Source of the DNA: an uncultured Clostridia bacterium
Lineage (GTDB): Bacteria > Bacillota > Clostridia > Christensenellales > UBA1242
Length of the DNA: 64,000 bases
Reading direction: 5' to 3'
Assembly: GCA_947629745.1 (NCBI GenBank)
Contig: CANREZ010000002.1
Span: 67,140-131,139, forward strand
Part shown: positions 61,042-64,000 of the stretch, one piece after another
Layout of the letters: each line of letters starts with the position of its first letter
Position numbering within the stretch: the first letter of the stretch is position 1
Notes under the pieces: generated by a model
What the model saw: the letters and a program-made list of their open reading frames with translations, nothing else
What the model was told of the DNA's origin: nothing
Databases searched by the model: none
Translations under genes and position numbers: made by a program

Positions 61042-63051
61042 ATGGATAAATTAAAGATGCAAAGTGAAAATTTGGTTAAAGATAATGTTGAGAAAATTGC
61101 AAAATTGTTTCCAAACTGTGTGACAGAAGGAAAGGACGTAAATGGTCAAACTGTTAGGCTTGTTGATTTTGATTTGCTTAAACAAGAACTGTCATACAAA
61201 ATTGTTGAAGGTAATGATGAGCGATATATGTTAAATTGGCCAGGAAAAAAACAGGCAATTTTGACAGCCAATGTACCTATCAATGCAACCCTTAGACCTT
61301 GCAGAGAAGAAAGCGTTGATTTTGACAACACCAACAATCTTTATATTGAGGGCGATAATCTTGATGTCCTTAAACTTTTGAGAGAAACTTATCTTGGAAA
61401 AGTTAAAATGATCTATATTGATCCTCCTTACAACACAGGACATGATTTCGTCTATGAAGATGATTTTGCCACATCAACTGAAGATTATTTAAAAGCTAGT
61501 AAAAATTACGATGAACAAGGAAACCAAATGTTCCAAAATAATGACACAAATGGCAGATTTCATAGTGACTGGCTCTCAATGATGTATTCTCGATTAAAAC
61601 TTTCAAGAGATTTGTTAGCTGATGATGGATCTATTTTTATAAGTATTGATTCTAATGAAGTTGACAATCTTAAGAAATTATGTAATGAAATTTTTGGCGA
61701 GAATAACAATTTAGGCTTAATTACTGTCATTAACAATTTAAAGGGGCGTTCTGACGATAAATATTTTGCAACTTGCAACGAATTTTTAATTGCTTATGCA
61801 AAAAACATATTGAAATTTTCATTGAACGGATTCAAACTTTCGGATGAAGAATATGAAAATGATTATGATAAACAAGATGAAATTGGATATTACAAAACAA
61901 TAGGTTTTAGAAAAACGGGAAACGCTTGGGAAAGGATCAATAGACCTTATATGTATTACCCTGTATTATACAAAGATGGTGTATTTGAAAGTGTGACGGA
62001 TGAAGAATTTAAAAGAATTTATAATGAAAAAGAGCAAAATTTTGATGATATGTATGTAGAAGAATTAAATAAAAAATATACGGACTTGGGATGGAAATTT
62101 ATTCTTCCAAAGAATGAAAATGGAGAATATGGAAGATGGAGATGGGGACGTGATACATTTTACTTAGAAAAAGACACAAATTTAGACTTTAACAATTCTG
62201 GAACACTATGCACAAAGATGAGAGCGACTCTTGAAGATGGTTCAATAAGAATGAAAACTGCGAAATCTTGTTGGTACAAACCTGAATATGATACAGGAAG
62301 TGGAGCAAAAGTACTAAAAACCTTATTTAATAATTCAAGTGACTTGTTTAGCAATCCAAAATCAATTATTTATATTAAGGATCTAATAAAAATTTCAACT
62401 TCACCAAATGATCTAATTTTTGATTTCTTTTCTGGATCAGCAACTACAGCCCATGCTGTTATGCAATTAAACGCAGAAGATGGTGGTAATAGAAAATTTA
62501 TTATGGTGCAATTACCTGAGAAATGCGATGAAAAATCTGAAGCTTTTAAAGCAGGCTATAAAAACATTTGCGAAATTGGAAAAGAAAGAATTCGTAGAGC
62601 AGGCAAGAAAATTAAAGAAGAAAATCCGCAAGCATCAAATCTTGACATTGGTTTTAGAGTTTTAAAACTCGATTCAAGCAATATGAAAGATGTTTACTAT
62701 AACCCTGCCGACCTTAAACAAAGCAATTTGTTTGACCTTGTAAGCAACATCAAGGAAGATAGAACTGCGGAAGATTTGTTATTTCAAGTTATGCTTGATA
62801 TGGGTGTTTTGCTTTCAAGTGAAATAAAAGTTGAAACTGTTGCGGGTAAAAAGATTTTTAATGTAAATGATGGCAACCTTGTATGCTGTTTTGATGAAAA
62901 CTTGACAGATGAAGTGGTAACACAAATTGCTAAAATGCAGCCACTTTACGCAGTATTCAGGGATTCAAGCATGAAAAATGACAGTGTTGCAGTAAACTTC
63001 GACCAAATCTTTGAAACCTATTCCCCAACCACCACAAGGAAGGTGTTATAA
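61042..63051 (+). CDS. mod: Type III restriction-modification methyltransferase
   Basis: NWPGK, IEGDNL, IDPPYNTG, DFFSGSATT. Confidence 0.93.
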   Translation: MDKLKMQSENLVKDNVEKIAKLFPNCVTEGKDVNGQTVRLVDFDLLKQELSYKIVEGNDERYMLNWPGKKQAILTANVPINATLRPCREESVDFDNTNNLYIEGDNLDVLKLLRETYLGKVKMIYIDPPYNTGHDFVYEDDFATSTEDYLKASKNYDEQGNQMFQNNDTNGRFHSDWLSMMYSRLKLSRDLLADDGSIFISIDSNEVDNLKKLCNEIFGENNNLGLITVINNLKGRSDDKYFATCNEFLIAYAKNILKFSLNGFKLSDEEYENDYDKQDEIGYYKTIGFRKTGNAWERINRPYMYYPVLYKDGVFESVTDEEFKRIYNEKEQNFDDMYVEELNKKYTDLGWKFILPKNENGEYGRWRWGRDTFYLEKDTNLDFNNSGTLCTKMRATLEDGSIRMKTAKSCWYKPEYDTGSGAKVLKTLFNNSSDLFSNPKSIIYIKDLIKISTSPNDLIFDFFSGSATTAHAVMQLNAEDGGNRKFIMVQLPEKCDEKSEAFKAGYKNICEIGKERIRRAGKKIKEENPQASNLDIGFRVLKLDSSNMKDVYYNPADLKQSNLFDLVSNIKEDRTAEDLLFQVMLDMGVLLSSEIKVETVAGKKIFNVNDGNLVCCFDENLTDEVVTQIAKMQPLYAVFRDSSMKNDSVAVNFDQIFETYSPTTTRKVL

Positions 63052-63683
63052 TGAGAGAAACAAAAAATATTATTATGTACGGATTTTTGTTATTTTTAAT
63101 TATAACTGGAATTACAATAAACTTTATAAGCAATACAGTTATTATTAATAATATTAAGTGTTTATCAGTTCCTGTTTTTATATTTACAATAAGTTTGCTA
63201 TTTGTTAAAGCTAATTATCTTATAAGGCAGCAAACATTAAAAGTTATCAATACTATAGAGCAAACAACTAAAAACAACGAAAAAGAATCCAAACACTCAT
63301 TATCTGAACTTGAAAGTTTAATGAACAGTATAGATGATTATAAAAAACATTTTTCAGAAATTTTACATGACAAAGAGCAAATAAAATACAATTTGGTAGA
63401 ATCAAAAAAGTTAACTTTTCTTTATAAGAATTTCTGTATAATAGATATTTTTACAAAATTATTTAACATCATAGGAGTTTTATCATTTGCTTTATGTTTA
63501 TTATCTGTGACTGGTTTATTTAGTATTGAAATATCTTCACCCATTATAGAAATATTTTCACTTTGTATAATGTATTTTGATTTTTTTATATTAGAGGACT
63601 TATTAACAAAATATATCAATAGAAAACTTCGTTGGATTGAAAAAAATGCAAAAAAACAAGTTGAAAAAGATTTATCAAATTGA
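63051..63683 (+). CDS. Hypothetical 4-TM protein with coiled coil, between mod and res
   Basis: TAATG stop/start overlap with mod; very AT-rich. Confidence 0.65.
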   Translation: MRETKNIIMYGFLLFLIITGITINFISNTVIINNIKCLSVPVFIFTISLLFVKANYLIRQQTLKVINTIEQTTKNNEKESKHSLSELESLMNSIDDYKKHFSEILHDKEQIKYNLVESKKLTFLYKNFCIIDIFTKLFNIIGVLSFALCLLSVTGLFSIEISSPIIEIFSLCIMYFDFFILEDLLTKYINRKLRWIEKNAKKQVEKDLSN

Positions 63684-63690
63684 GGGCAAT

Positions 63691-64000
63691 ATGAAATTTA
63701 AGTTTAAAACACAAGACTATCAGCGAGAGGCTGTGAATAATATTTGCAGGGTATTTCAGGGACAACCTTATCTTGACATGATTAAATATACAAGAGATTT
63801 AGGTATAAGGAAGAAAAAAATTAATAATATCGAATATGTTGAAAATAGTATGTTTGATAAAGATGATGACGGTTTTGAAAATGCTAAAATAGTGCTTAAT
63901 GATGCAAAACTTTTTGAAAATATTAAGAAAATTCAACGTGAAGGCAACTACAAAGAATCTGAGGAACTTGTCGCGGGACTTGGCAGAGTTTCGCTTGATG
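63691..64000 (+). CDS. res: Type III restriction endonuclease subunit (5' part, cut by window end)
   Basis: MKFKFKTQDYQREAVNNICRVFQGQP N-terminus typical of Res; downstream of mod. Confidence 0.85.
   Translation, partial: MKFKFKTQDYQREAVNNICRVFQGQPYLDMIKYTRDLGIRKKKINNIEYVENSMFDKDDDGFENAKIVLNDAKLFENIKKIQREGNYKESEELVAGLGRVSLD

Noticed and set aside
61042-63051. Phase-variable mod (phasevarion)
   Set aside because: No simple-sequence repeat tract seen in or upstream of the ORF
1641-63619. Many 60-180-aa antisense or out-of-frame ORFs nested in long genes
   Set aside because: Shadow ORFs of well-supported CDSs with no independent signals

Overview
Low-GC, code-11 chromosomal segment, most consistent with an uncultured gut Firmicute (Clostridia-like); the taxon is an inference. 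1-51.5 kb is mostly host backbone. It has lipid and glycan genes (GT2, GT4, cls, GalU-like, Wzy/WaaL-like, a frameshifted acyltransferase-3), metabolic genes (ppa, dtd, ldh, sodC-like, GS type III, cysK-like, fhs), large surface proteins (GLUG protein, M60 peptidase, lipoproteins) and five tRNA genes (Glu-CTC, Glu-TTC, Thr-GGT, Arg-ACG, Ser-GCT). After tRNA-Ser the DNA looks accessory: single-gene cassettes separated by tRNA 3'-end echoes, then a tRNA-remnant att site, a Fic gene and a type III R-M locus running off the end. Best leads: (1) tRNA-Thr and tRNA-Arg are each followed by an inverted copy of their own T-loop/acceptor sequence, split by a two-hairpin insert that predicts a four-way junction. 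A related inverted echo exists for tRNA-Ser, and a LEM-3-like GIY-YIG nuclease lies beside the Thr element. (2) An integrase-less cassette array anchored on tRNA-Ser. (3) A divergent DAC (DisA_N) gene translationally coupled to a degenerate HEPN-like gene. (4) A YwaF/TMEM164-ABC ATPase fusion operon with a probably catalytically dead paralogue elsewhere in the window. (5) A poly-G acyltransferase in the OFF frame. All family calls are from motif recognition by eye; no searches or folding programs were run.
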